From an uncultured Actinomycetes bacterium (GTDB taxonomy: Bacteria > Actinomycetota > Thermoleophilia > UBA2241): a DNA stretch of 64,000 nucleotides. This document shows positions 42,319-51,474 of the stretch, piece after piece. The position numbers and the translations under genes were made by a program. The stretch is from the NCBI GenBank assembly GCA_963755025.1, contig CAVWIH010000036.1, positions 19,956 to 83,955 of the forward strand, written 5' to 3'. Numbering within the stretch: the stretch's first letter is position 1; the number at the start of each line of letters is the position of its first letter. The notes beneath the pieces are model-generated. The model made no database searches, was not told the DNA's origin, and saw only the letters and a list, made by a program, of their open reading frames with translations.

Positions 42319-43449
42319 TTAGCCGCCACTTCCCGCCAGCCGGCCTCGCAGGTGGATTCCCTCGAGCAGGCCGACCAGCATCAAGTCGGTGATCAGGGCC
42401 GCGCCGCCGTAGCTGACGAACGGCAGCGGAATACCCGTTATCGGCATGATACCAATTGTCATACCGATGTTCACAAACACCTCAAACAGAAAGATCGCCG
42501 CGATGCAGCCGGCGATCATGCTGCCGTAGAGGTCGCGCGAGATCGTGGCGATGCGCAGCGCCCGCCAGATGACGATCACGAACAGGCCCAGCAGCACGGC
42601 CGCGCCGATGAACCCGTAGCGCTCGCCGATGACCGCGAAGATGAAGTCGGTGTGGTGCTCGGGCAAGAAGTCGAGCACCGTCTGCGTGGCCTGGTCGCCG
42701 CGTCCGCGAAGCGCTCCCGAGCCCACGGCGATCAGCGACTGCGTCAGGTTGTAGCCCGACCCCTGGGTGTTGTGGCCGGGGTGCAGGAACACGAAGAGGC
42801 GCTGCATCTGGTAGGAGTGCACCACCCTGAGGCCGGCCATGGGCAGCACCTTGAACACCAGCACGGCAAAGACGGCGGCGGCCGCGAACAGGGCGGCGAA
42901 GTGCGTCCAGGGCGTGCCGTAGAAGAGCAGCAGGGTGAGCGCCAGGATGGTGAAGACCATGGCGGTGCCCAGGTCGGGCTGGGCGAAGACGAGCGCCGCC
43001 GGGAGGGCCACGTAGAGCAGCGCGAAGAGCGTCATGCGGCGCTGGCCGATGGCCGGCAGGCGGTCGGCCAGAAAGGCCGCCAGGGTGACCGTGACGATGA
43101 CGAGGGCCAGCTCCGAGGGCTGGAAGTTCACGAACGACAGCGTGATCCAGCGCCGCGACCCGCGGGTCACCGGGCCCAGGGCGAACACGGCTGCGATGGA
43201 GAGCACGACGAACCCGTAGAGCGGCCACTGCCAGCGCCGGTAGTGCTCGTAGTCGACCAGCGACAGCACGACGAGCGCGGCCACGCCGACCGCGGCGAAG
43301 ACGATCTGGTTGCGGGCGTAGTAGAACGGGGTCGCCACCGTGTCGTGCCGCGTGGCGAAGTAGATCATGGTCACGCCGAAGAAGAGCAGCCCGCCGGCCG
43401 CCGCCAGCAGCAGGTAGTCGAGATGACGCAGGTAGGAGCGCAGGTCCAT
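42319..43449 (-). CDS. rodA: Rod shape-determining SEDS glycosyltransferase
   Basis: GSRRWI, FQPSE, QPDLGTA, FLPEHHTDFIF, GIPLPFVSYGG. Confidence 0.95.
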   Translation of the reverse strand: MDLRSYLRHLDYLLLAAAGGLLFFGVTMIYFATRHDTVATPFYYARNQIVFAAVGVAALVVLSLVDYEHYRRWQWPLYGFVVLSIAAVFALGPVTRGSRRWITLSFVNFQPSELALVIVTVTLAAFLADRLPAIGQRRMTLFALLYVALPAALVFAQPDLGTAMVFTILALTLLLFYGTPWTHFAALFAAAAVFAVLVFKVLPMAGLRVVHSYQMQRLFVFLHPGHNTQGSGYNLTQSLIAVGSGALRGRGDQATQTVLDFLPEHHTDFIFAVIGERYGFIGAAVLLGLFVIVIWRALRIATISRDLYGSMIAGCIAAIFLFEVFVNIGMTIGIMPITGIPLPFVSYGGAALITDLMLVGLLEGIHLRGRLAGSGG

Positions 43450-43460
43450 AGGCGTCAGGT

Positions 43461-43578
43461 CCGCCGATCGACTGCGTCGTCGTCGCTCAGGCTTGTGTGA
43501 CTGCGTCGCACGCCTAGTGCCGCCGATCGACTGCGTCGTCGTCGCTCAGGCTTGTGTGACTGCGTCGCGCACGCCTAG
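43461..43578. repeat. Two tandem ~59-61 bp units filling the mrdA-rodA gap
   Basis: ccgccgatcgactgcgtcgtcgtcgctcaggcttgtgtgactgcgtcgc(gc)acgcctag x2. Confidence 0.9.
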
Positions 43579-45557
43579 TCGCTCTGGGCGGAGCCGGTGG
43601 CCTGGCCACCGGACACGTGGAACAGCGAATCGTAGATCATGCGGGCGGCGGGCGCGGCGGTCACGCCGCCATGCCCACCCTGCTGGATCATGACGACCAC
43701 GACGTACTTGGGGTCGTTCGCGGGCGCATAGCTCGCATACCAGGCGTAGTCGCTCTGCCCCAGCACCTGAGCGGTCCCGGTCTTGCCGGCCACTTGCACG
43801 GGATAGTCGCCGAACGTGGCGTACGAGGTGCCCGACGGCGTGGTAGCGGCCAGGTGCAGCGCGTTCTGCACGACGCCGATGGTCTCCTGAGAGATGCCCA
43901 GGGAATGCGGCTGCGTGTACGGCAGGCGGCGTACCAGGTCGCCCTGGGCGTCGACGATCTTGACGCCGACGTGCGGGGTCACGAGGTAGCCGCCGTTGGC
44001 GATGGCGGCGTAGGTCACGGCGGCCTGCATGGGAGTGGTCTCGAGGTTCCCCTGGCCGATGGCGAGGTTGATCGAGTCGCCGGGCTTCCAGAGGCGGTCG
44101 ATCTGCCAGCCCTTGGGATCGGTCTTCTTGGTGAAGGCCGCGTGCTTCCAGTCGGGCGTCGGCACCAGGCCGCCGACCTCGCCGGGCAGGTCGATGCCGG
44201 TCGGATGGCCCAGGCCCAGGTTCCGCGCCCAGTTCTCGAGGGCGTTGCCCGGGCGCAGGTAGAAGTCGTAGCCGATCTGGTAGAAGTACGTGTCGGCCGA
44301 CTGCACGATCGCCTGGGTCAGGTCGATGGCGCCGTGGCCGTTGGGGTCCCAGTCGTGCCACAGCAGGCCGTGGTTGGTGTAGGTGGCGCCGGCTTCGAGG
44401 GTGGTCGATGGACTGATCACGCCGTCCTCGAGGGCTGCCACCGAATCGACCACTTTGAAGGTGGAGCCCATCGGGTAGACGCCCTGGATCGTGCGATCGA
44501 GCAGCGGCGTCGTTTTGACGTTGAGCTTCTTCCAGTGCTTGGCCGTCAGGCCACCCACGAACCATGCAGGGTTGAAATTGGGCTCGCTCGCCATGGCGAT
44601 GACCGCGCCGGTGTGAGCGTCGAGCACCACCGCGGCGCCGCCGTCGGCACGTAGCTCGTTGTTGGCGTGGGCCAGGGCGATGCCGTAGTTCACGGCGTTC
44701 TCGGCGGCGCGCTGCACCTTGGCGTCGATCGAGAGCTGCAGGTTGTCGCCGGCCTGCGGCAGCGTGCCGCCGGCCACCACCTGCTTGGGCCGCCCGCTGG
44801 CGTCGACCTCGACGCGCACCGAGCCGTTGATGCCGCGCAGCCACTTGTCGTAGGTGTATTCCACGCCCGACTGACCGACCACGTCGCCGGCTTTGTACCC
44901 GCGGAAGCTCGCCTCGGTGAGCTCGGCAGGGCTGATCTCGCCGAGCTGTCCGAGGAAGTGAGCGCCCACGACGCCGAGCGGATAGTCGCGCAGGTAGTTC
45001 TGACGCACCTCGACGCCGGGGTAGGCGGTGGTGTGCTCGAGCAGGTACGACACGATGGCGCGACTGGTGTCCTGCTTGATCGTGACGAAGTCGTACTGCA
45101 GGCCGAGGCCCGTCGTGATCTGGCTCCAGGGCACGCCCACCTGGCGGACCATCTCCTGGCGCACGGCGGCGGGCTTCATGGTGAGCACGCGGGCGAGGCG
45201 CTTGACGAGGAGGACGTGCCCGCCGGCGGGCACGTCCATGGGCCTGATGCCGACCGCGAGGCCCGGGCGGTTGTCGACCATGACGATGCCGTTGCGGTCG
45301 AGCACGGTACCGCGCGGCGCCAGGACCGCCACGGTGCGCAGCCGGTTGTCGTTGGCCTGCGCCACGTACTGCTGGGCCGACAGGATCTGCAGGAACCACA
45401 GGCGAAAGACGATGATTCCGATCAGGGCCACCGCGACGGTCGCCAGCAGCACGACGCGCAGGGCGACCGACGGCGGCTGCACGACGTCGCCGCCGCCGCT
45501 CGTGCGGATCCAGCGACGTTCCACGCCGGGCCTGTTACGTCTCTGATATGCGGACAT
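43575..45557 (-). CDS. mrdA: Penicillin-binding protein 2
   Basis: RLWFLQI, APRG..LDRNG, GSTFK (SxxK), SADTYFY, KTGTAQ. Confidence 0.95.
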   Translation of the reverse strand: MSAYQRRNRPGVERRWIRTSGGGDVVQPPSVALRVVLLATVAVALIGIIVFRLWFLQILSAQQYVAQANDNRLRTVAVLAPRGTVLDRNGIVMVDNRPGLAVGIRPMDVPAGGHVLLVKRLARVLTMKPAAVRQEMVRQVGVPWSQITTGLGLQYDFVTIKQDTSRAIVSYLLEHTTAYPGVEVRQNYLRDYPLGVVGAHFLGQLGEISPAELTEASFRGYKAGDVVGQSGVEYTYDKWLRGINGSVRVEVDASGRPKQVVAGGTLPQAGDNLQLSIDAKVQRAAENAVNYGIALAHANNELRADGGAAVVLDAHTGAVIAMASEPNFNPAWFVGGLTAKHWKKLNVKTTPLLDRTIQGVYPMGSTFKVVDSVAALEDGVISPSTTLEAGATYTNHGLLWHDWDPNGHGAIDLTQAIVQSADTYFYQIGYDFYLRPGNALENWARNLGLGHPTGIDLPGEVGGLVPTPDWKHAAFTKKTDPKGWQIDRLWKPGDSINLAIGQGNLETTPMQAAVTYAAIANGGYLVTPHVGVKIVDAQGDLVRRLPYTQPHSLGISQETIGVVQNALHLAATTPSGTSYATFGDYPVQVAGKTGTAQVLGQSDYAWYASYAPANDPKYVVVVMIQQGGHGGVTAAPAARMIYDSLFHVSGGQATGSAQSD

Positions 45558-46092
45558 GGCGTTCACCCCTCAGCCACCAGCGCGCCACCAGGTAGAGCGG
45601 CATGGCCAGCAGTGAATCGAGGACGAGCAGCGGGATGACCCAGTGGTCGACGAGGTAGACGAGGGGCACCTGGCGTCCGAACAGGAACTGGGTGAGCAGC
45701 GATATCGACTCGGCGATCAGGGTCGCGACGAAGACCGAGACGATCGGCGCCACGCTGGGCGACAGGTCGGCGGTCTCGGCGTAGCGACCCACCAGGTAGC
45801 CGACCGCGACCATCGACAGCGAGCGCACGCCCGGGGTCTCGAACAGGGCGATCGACACGATGCCGCCGGCGATGAAGCCGAACACGGCGCCGGTCTCGGC
45901 GCCGCGCAGCAGGGCGACGGCGACCACGAAGATCAGCACGAAGTCGGGGTTGGCGCCGAGCACGTGGATGTTGGCCGCCACGGCGGTCTGCAGCAGCGTG
46001 GCGACCACCAGCAGCACGAACAACCGGCCGACCTCGGCCGCGACGTGCGGCGCGTCGGCCGGGTTCTCGATGGCCGGCACGCGCTGCGCCAT
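45535..46092 (-). CDS. mreD: Rod shape-determining protein MreD
   Basis: Polytopic membrane protein, PDFVL, GAVFGF.AG; between mreC and mrdA. Confidence 0.85.
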   Translation of the reverse strand: MAQRVPAIENPADAPHVAAEVGRLFVLLVVATLLQTAVAANIHVLGANPDFVLIFVVAVALLRGAETGAVFGFIAGGIVSIALFETPGVRSLSMVAVGYLVGRYAETADLSPSVAPIVSVFVATLIAESISLLTQFLFGRQVPLVYLVDHWVIPLLVLDSLLAMPLYLVARWWLRGERHVRISET

Positions 46093-46919
46093 CAGAGCGC
46101 CACCATCACCAGATCGAGCGTGTGGAAGTCGACGTAGGGCGTGACCGAGATGCTCTGGTAGAGCTCGACGTCCTGCTGGGCGACGGCCGAGACGTAGCCG
46201 ATGGGGATGTTGGCGGTGAAGATCGAGCCCTTCATGCCGCTGGTGACCACGACCTGGCCGGCCACGACCTTCTCGGAGCGGTCGACGTACTGCAGGGTGA
46301 CGTCGCCGGTGACGCTGCCCGCCACCAGGCCCTGGGCGCCGGTCGGCACGACCTTGGCGTCGATGTAGCTGTCCTGGTCGACGATCAGGGTCACCTCGGA
46401 GGCCTCCGACGTGACCGCCGAGACGCGCCCCACGAGGCCCTGGCCGTTCACCACGGCGTCGTTCAGGCGCACGCCCTGGTCGCTGCCCGCGTCGATCGTG
46501 ATGGTCGAGTACCAGGCGGTCGTGGAGCGCGCGATGACGCGCGCCTGGGCAAAGCGCGAGCCCTGCGGGAACACCTTCGAGTCGCGCATCTTGATCATGC
46601 TCTTGAGCTCGGTGTCCTGCTGCTCGACGACGAGCTGCTGGGCGAGCTGCGAACGCAGCTGCTGCACCTGGGTGCGCAGGCTGCGGTTCTGCGACTGCGC
46701 GCTGAACAGGTTGCCGAACCAGTTCAGGCCGTCGCGGAACGGCTTGATCGCGCGCGCCGCGCCCGACTGCAGGGGCGACACGACACGCATCGCCGACGAC
46801 TCGGAACGGTGCACCGGTCCGTTCGCCGACTCGCGGAAGTAGACCGTGAGCAGAGCGACGGACAGCACGACCAGGATGGCGACGACGATGCGCCGCCGCA
46901 ATGCGCGCTTGCGAGCCAC
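46092..46919 (-). CDS. mreC: Rod shape-determining protein MreC
   Basis: TM + coiled coil, IDAGS.QGV, GLVGRV, VVTSG, IPIG.V. Confidence 0.93.
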   Translation of the reverse strand: MARKRALRRRIVVAILVVLSVALLTVYFRESANGPVHRSESSAMRVVSPLQSGAARAIKPFRDGLNWFGNLFSAQSQNRSLRTQVQQLRSQLAQQLVVEQQDTELKSMIKMRDSKVFPQGSRFAQARVIARSTTAWYSTITIDAGSDQGVRLNDAVVNGQGLVGRVSAVTSEASEVTLIVDQDSYIDAKVVPTGAQGLVAGSVTGDVTLQYVDRSEKVVAGQVVVTSGMKGSIFTANIPIGYVSAVAQQDVELYQSISVTPYVDFHTLDLVMVAL

Positions 46920-46934
46920 TAGAAGCGTTGCGGC

Positions 46935-47981
46935 CTAGTAACGGCCTCTGGACCTCGAGTTGCGCTTGCTGCGGGCAATGGCATCGAACTCCTCGAGATA
47001 CTTGCCGGACCCTACGGCGACGCAGGTGAGCGGCGATTCGGCAAGGTGGACGGGCATCTGCGTCTCCTGGCGCAGGCGCTCGGGCAGCCCTTGCAACAGC
47101 GAACCGCCGCCGGCCAGCATGATGCCGCGGTCCATGATGTCGCTGGCGAGCTCGGGGGGCGTCTTGTCGAGCGTGGCCTTGATCGCGTCCATTATGGCCT
47201 GCACGGGCTCTTCGAGCGCCGAGCGTACCTCTTCGGACGTGAGTACGATCGTCTTGGGCAGGCCCGTCACAAGGTCGCGCCCGCGGATCTCGGCCTGCTC
47301 CTCTTGGGGAAGCGGGTGAGCCGAGCCGATCTCGAGCTTGATCTCTTCGGCCGTCTGGCTGCCGATGAGTAGTTTGTACTCTTTCTTGACGTAGCTGATG
47401 ATCGCTTCGTCTAACTCGTCGCCGCCCACGCGGATGGACTGCGAGACGACGATGCCGCCGAGCGAGATGACGGCCACCTCGCTGGTGCCGCCCCCGATGT
47501 CGACGATCATGTTGCCGGTAGGCTCGGCCACCGGCAGCCCGGCGCCGATCGCGGCGGCCATGGGTTCTTCGATCAGGCCGGTCCAGCGCGCGCCGGCCGA
47601 GTAGGTCGCTTCTTCGACCGCACGCTTCTCGACACCGGTGACGCCCGAAGGCACACAGATGACGACACGCGGGTGAGCCCACTTGTTCTGGTTCACCTTG
47701 CGGATGAAGTGGCGCAGCATCTGCTCGGTCACGTCGAAGTCGGCGATGACGCCGTCTTTGAGCGGCCGGATGGCGCTGATGGAACCGGGGGTGCGGCCGA
47801 GCATGCGCTTGGCCTCGGCGCCCACCGCGTGGACTTCGCCGGAACGGTGGTCGATAGCCACGACCGACGGCTCAGACAGCACGATGCCGCGGCCGCGGAC
47901 GTAGACGAGAGTGTTGGCGGTACCAAGGTCGACGGCCACGTCGCGCGCGCCGAAACCCGTGAGGAAGTCGAAGAAACCGAT
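46935..47981 (-). CDS. mreB: Actin-like MreB (start is either ATC at 47981 or GTG at 47939)
   Basis: [46 protein letters not shown]. Confidence 0.97.
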   Translation of the reverse strand: MGFFDFLTGFGARDVAVDLGTANTLVYVRGRGIVLSEPSVVAIDHRSGEVHAVGAEAKRMLGRTPGSISAIRPLKDGVIADFDVTEQMLRHFIRKVNQNKWAHPRVVICVPSGVTGVEKRAVEEATYSAGARWTGLIEEPMAAAIGAGLPVAEPTGNMIVDIGGGTSEVAVISLGGIVVSQSIRVGGDELDEAIISYVKKEYKLLIGSQTAEEIKLEIGSAHPLPQEEQAEIRGRDLVTGLPKTIVLTSEEVRSALEEPVQAIMDAIKATLDKTPPELASDIMDRGIMLAGGGSLLQGLPERLRQETQMPVHLAESPLTCVAVGSGKYLEEFDAIARSKRNSRSRGRY

Positions 47982-48065
47982 GACCTGCTCCTTTCGATCC
48001 GGTTCAATCGTTCATACTACACGCCGCCCCGAGGGGAACCAAACGGAATCGAGCTGGAAAAACGC

Positions 48066-48677
48066 CTAGCCGGCGGCGCCCGGCAGGCCTCCGGCGAGCC
48101 AGGCGAAGGGCGCCACGCCGAAGTGGGCGAGACCTTCGAGCAGCACGGGCACCGGCAGGCCGACCACGTTCCAGTAGTCGCCCTCGACGGCCGTCACCAG
48201 GGCCGAACCGAACCCCTGGATGGCGTACGCCCCGGCGCGCTCGCGCCACTCGCCGGTCGCCACGTAGGCGGCCACGGCTTGCGGCGTGAGGTCGCGAAAG
48301 GTGACCGCCGTGCGTGCGTGGGCGCTCCAGCTGCGGCCGTCCTCGCCGATCAGGCAGAGACCGCTCGCGACCACGTGGCGGCGCCCCGCCAGGTCGTGCA
48401 GAAAGGCGCCGGCCTGCGCGGCAGAGGCGGCCTTGCCCAGCACGCGGTCGCCGAGCACCACGACGGTGTCGACGCCCAGCACGAGGTCGCCGAGCGCGAG
48501 GCCGGCGGCCTCGCGCTCGGCGACCTCGGCGGCCTTGCCGCGCGCGTTGGCCACGACGGTGGCCACGGCGTCGCCGGGCACGAGCGCCTCGTCGTGGCGA
48601 CTGGGCACCACGCGAAACGGCACGCCGAGCTGCTGGAGGATGGCGCTGCGCTGCGGCGAGCGCGAGGCCAGCACCAC
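48066..48677 (-). CDS. maf: Maf-family nucleotide pyrophosphatase
   Basis: LASRSPQR, DTVV, LGK, AGAYAIQG, NVVGLP. Confidence 0.92.
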   Translation of the reverse strand: MVLASRSPQRSAILQQLGVPFRVVPSRHDEALVPGDAVATVVANARGKAAEVAEREAAGLALGDLVLGVDTVVVLGDRVLGKAASAAQAGAFLHDLAGRRHVVASGLCLIGEDGRSWSAHARTAVTFRDLTPQAVAAYVATGEWRERAGAYAIQGFGSALVTAVEGDYWNVVGLPVPVLLEGLAHFGVAPFAWLAGGLPGAAG

Positions 48678-48706
48678 GAGGGGCGCCGGCGCGGCCGGCG
48701 GCGCGG

Positions 48707-49121
48707 TCAGACGAGCTCGTCCTCACCGAAGAACAGGCCGATCTCGCGGACCGCGCTCTCGGGGCCGTCGGAGCCGTGCACGATGTTCTGCTCCTTGGAC
48801 AGCGAGAAGTCGCCGCGGATGGTGCCGGGAGCCGCCTGCGCGGCGTCGGTCGCGCCCAGCATGACGCGCGCCACGGCGATGGCGTCGCGGCCTTCCCAGA
48901 CCATGGCGACCACCGGGCCCGAGGTGATGAAGGCCAGACAGCGACTCGAAGAACGGCTTGCCGACGTGCTCGGCGTAGTGGCGCTCGGCGAGCGCGCGGT
49001 CGATGTGCATGGCCTTGAGGCCGCGCAGGGCGAAGCCGCGGCGCTCGAAGCGGCCGACGACCTCGCCGACCAGGCCCAGGCGCACGCCGTCGGGTTTGAC
49101 CATGATGAACGTCTGCTCCAC
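48707..49121 (-). CDS. ndk: Nucleoside diphosphate kinase (frameshift near 48935)
   Basis: [20 protein letters not shown], then [15 protein letters not shown]. Confidence 0.93.
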
Positions 49122-49144
49122 GGGGTTCCTTTCGTTGCAAAGAC

Positions 49145-49190
49145 CGGGCGGCGGCGGCGGGCTCCTTGGGGAGCCCGCCGCCACCGCCCG
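49145..49190 (-). terminator. Long GC hairpin with short T-run between the zinc-ribbon gene and ndk
   Basis: cgggcggcggcggcgggctcc-ttgg-ggagcccgccgccaccgcccg. Confidence 0.6.
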
Positions 49191-49243
49191 GACGATCTCG
49201 CTTCAGGGAGGGGCGGCCACGGGCGACGGCCGCCCGCCGCGGG

Positions 49244-49762
49244 TCAGCCTATCTCGAGGCCCACGGCGTGTTGCTGGGGGATCTGCTTTTCGCAGTACGG
49301 GCAGATGCGCCAGCCGGGTTCGACCGGCCGGTGACAGTTGGAACACACCTCGCGCAGGCGCCGCATGCAGTGCGGGCACACGAGGTAGTCGTCTTTGACC
49401 GGCGTCTTGCAGTACGGACAGCGCAGGTCGCCGTCGAGCCGCTGCTCGAGCATGCGCAGCTCGAGCTCGCGTTCGCGGGTGTCTTCGAGGTACTCGGGCG
49501 GGCGCAGGATGGCGTAGACGAAGAGCCCGAACGGCCCGAACACAAGCCCGGTCAGCACGGCCACGATGATCACCACGCGATCGTCGATGCGCCGCCGGGC
49601 GTCTTTGTAGACCCAGTAGGCGCACGCCAGCCAGACGACGACGAGGAAGAACCAGAACATGAGCACGGCGAAGTGCCACGTCGACGATTTGAAGAAGTTC
49701 TTGATCGACCCGAAGGGGTCGGTCGAGTCGGTGGTCGCGGCGACGAGCAGACGGCTTAGCAC
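49244..49762 (-). CDS. Membrane protein with C-terminal zinc-ribbon (DZR) domain
   Basis: Two TM helices, WVYKDARRR, LRPPEYLED, four CxxC pairs; GGAGGAG RBS. Confidence 0.85.
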   Translation of the reverse strand: MLSRLLVAATTDSTDPFGSIKNFFKSSTWHFAVLMFWFFLVVVWLACAYWVYKDARRRIDDRVVIIVAVLTGLVFGPFGLFVYAILRPPEYLEDTRERELELRMLEQRLDGDLRCPYCKTPVKDDYLVCPHCMRRLREVCSNCHRPVEPGWRICPYCEKQIPQQHAVGLEIG

Positions 49763-49949
49763 GTGCACTCCTCCTGCCGCCGACGACCCGCCTGCACGGC
49801 GGTCGACCGCGACGGTCGCTTGATGCCCCCCGGGCGGTCGGTCGGCGGCCGACCACCACCGGCCGTAGTCGGCGTGGACCAGGGTGCGGCCCCCCGACAC
49901 GGACATCATACCTGAGGGAGCAACCTACGCCGAGAAACGAAGCTCCCGG

Positions 49950-50078
49950 CTAGAACACATGGGTCACCACGTACGGACCGATGAGGTAGCCCACGAAGAA
50001 CGCCACGACGGCGGCCGCCACCAGGAACAGCAGCCAGAGAAGCAATCGCACGATGAGGCTTGAGGAGCCTCGGGCCAT
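49950..50078 (-). CDS. 42-aa single-pass membrane protein
   Basis: MARGSSSLIVRLLLWLLFLVAAAVVAFFVGYLIGPYVVTHVF; GGAG RBS; -10 TATACT at 50118-50113. Confidence 0.6.
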   Translation of the reverse strand: MARGSSSLIVRLLLWLLFLVAAAVVAFFVGYLIGPYVVTHVF

Positions 50079-50110
50079 GGCCAACGTCTCCCGAGTCGCG
50101 GAATTGCGCG

Positions 50111-51463
50111 CTAGTATACCCCACCGCTCCCCGCCGCGTCCCCGCCCAGCAGGTCGGCGAGGTCGGCGAGCAGGTACAGCGAACCGGCGACCAGCACGGA
50201 GCCACGGCGGCCGGCCAGCCGTCGGGCGAGCGCGACGGCGGCGTGCGGGTCGGGCTCCGCACGCACGTCGAGCGACCCGGCGGCAAGCGGGCGCACGCGC
50301 TCGGCAAGCTGCTCCGCGGACAGGCTGCGCGGCTCGCTCGCCTGCGTGCAGACTACGGTGTCGACCAGCGGCACGAGCTGCGCCAGCATGGCGGCGACCG
50401 CCTTGTCGGCCATGATGGCGAAGACTCCCACGCGCGGCGCCGGCCGCTCGAGGCCGGTCAACGCGTCGGCCAGGGCGGCGACGCCGTCGGGGTTGTGGGC
50501 GCCGTCGGCCAGCAGCAGCGGCTCGCGGCCCACGACCTGCAGGCGCCCGGGCACCGCCGTCGTCGCCAGGGCGCTGCGCGCCGCGGCGCCGTCGAGGCCG
50601 CCCAGCAGCAGGCGGCAGGCCGCCACGGCGAGGCCGGCGTTGACGGTCTGGTAGCGCGCCGGGCTGGGCACCGAGAGGCGCTCGTAGCGCTCGCCGAGCA
50701 GCTCGACCGAGAAGTCGGCGGGCTCGCCCGCGACCACGACGTCGCGGCCGAACAGGTAGGCGCGCGCGCCGACGCGCGCGCAAGTCGACAGGGCCGCCCC
50801 CTCGAGGCCCTCGAGCGGCCCGAACACGGCCGCGGCGCCCGGGCCTATGACGGCCGCCTTCTCGGCGAAGATCAACTCGCGGGTGTCGCCCAGGACCTCG
50901 GTGTGCTCGAGGCCGATCGTGGTGAGCGCAACGACGGCCGCGCCGAGCACGTTGGTGGCGTCGAGCCGCCCGCCCAGGCCGGCCTCGATGGCGGCCGCCT
51001 CGACGCCTTCGTCGCGCAGCGCGGCGAAGGCGGCCACCGTGAGCACCTCGAACTGCGTGACCGGGCCGAGCTCGGCTGGCAGGCGTCCGCTCTCGTCGCG
51101 CACCCGCTCGACGGCGGCGCCCAGCGTAGCCGCCGCGACCGGCCGGCCGGCGACCAGCACGCGCTCGTTGAAGCCGGTGATGTGCGGCGACAGGTAGGCG
51201 CCGCTGCGCAGCCCGGCGGCGCCAAGCACGGCCGCCGCGTAGCGCGTGGTCGACGACTTGCCGTTGGTGCCGACCACGTGGATGGCGCGAAACGAGCGCT
51301 CGGGGTGACCGAGGCGCTCGAGCAGCGCCGCGACGCGCTCGAGGCCGGGGCGCATGCCGAACACCGCCAGCGTGTGCAGGTAGTCCTGCCAGTCGCCGTC
51401 GGGTTCGCCGCCGGGGCGAGGCCCTCCGGTCGGCGATCGGTCGCCGTCGGACGGCGCGCTCAC
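50111..51463 (-). CDS. folC: Folylpolyglutamate/dihydrofolate synthase
   Basis: HVVGTNGKSS, SPHI, EAGLGGRLDATN, PGRL, DGAHN, GSLYL. Confidence 0.95.
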   Translation of the reverse strand: MSAPSDGDRSPTGGPRPGGEPDGDWQDYLHTLAVFGMRPGLERVAALLERLGHPERSFRAIHVVGTNGKSSTTRYAAAVLGAAGLRSGAYLSPHITGFNERVLVAGRPVAAATLGAAVERVRDESGRLPAELGPVTQFEVLTVAAFAALRDEGVEAAAIEAGLGGRLDATNVLGAAVVALTTIGLEHTEVLGDTRELIFAEKAAVIGPGAAAVFGPLEGLEGAALSTCARVGARAYLFGRDVVVAGEPADFSVELLGERYERLSVPSPARYQTVNAGLAVAACRLLLGGLDGAAARSALATTAVPGRLQVVGREPLLLADGAHNPDGVAALADALTGLERPAPRVGVFAIMADKAVAAMLAQLVPLVDTVVCTQASEPRSLSAEQLAERVRPLAAGSLDVRAEPDPHAAVALARRLAGRRGSVLVAGSLYLLADLADLLGGDAAGSGGVY

Positions 51464-51474
51464 GCTACCGCTGC

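Noticed and set aside
43461-43578. Possible mini-CRISPR from the ~60-bp periodicity
   Set aside because: The whole unit is repeated with no variable spacer; treated as a repeat family instead.
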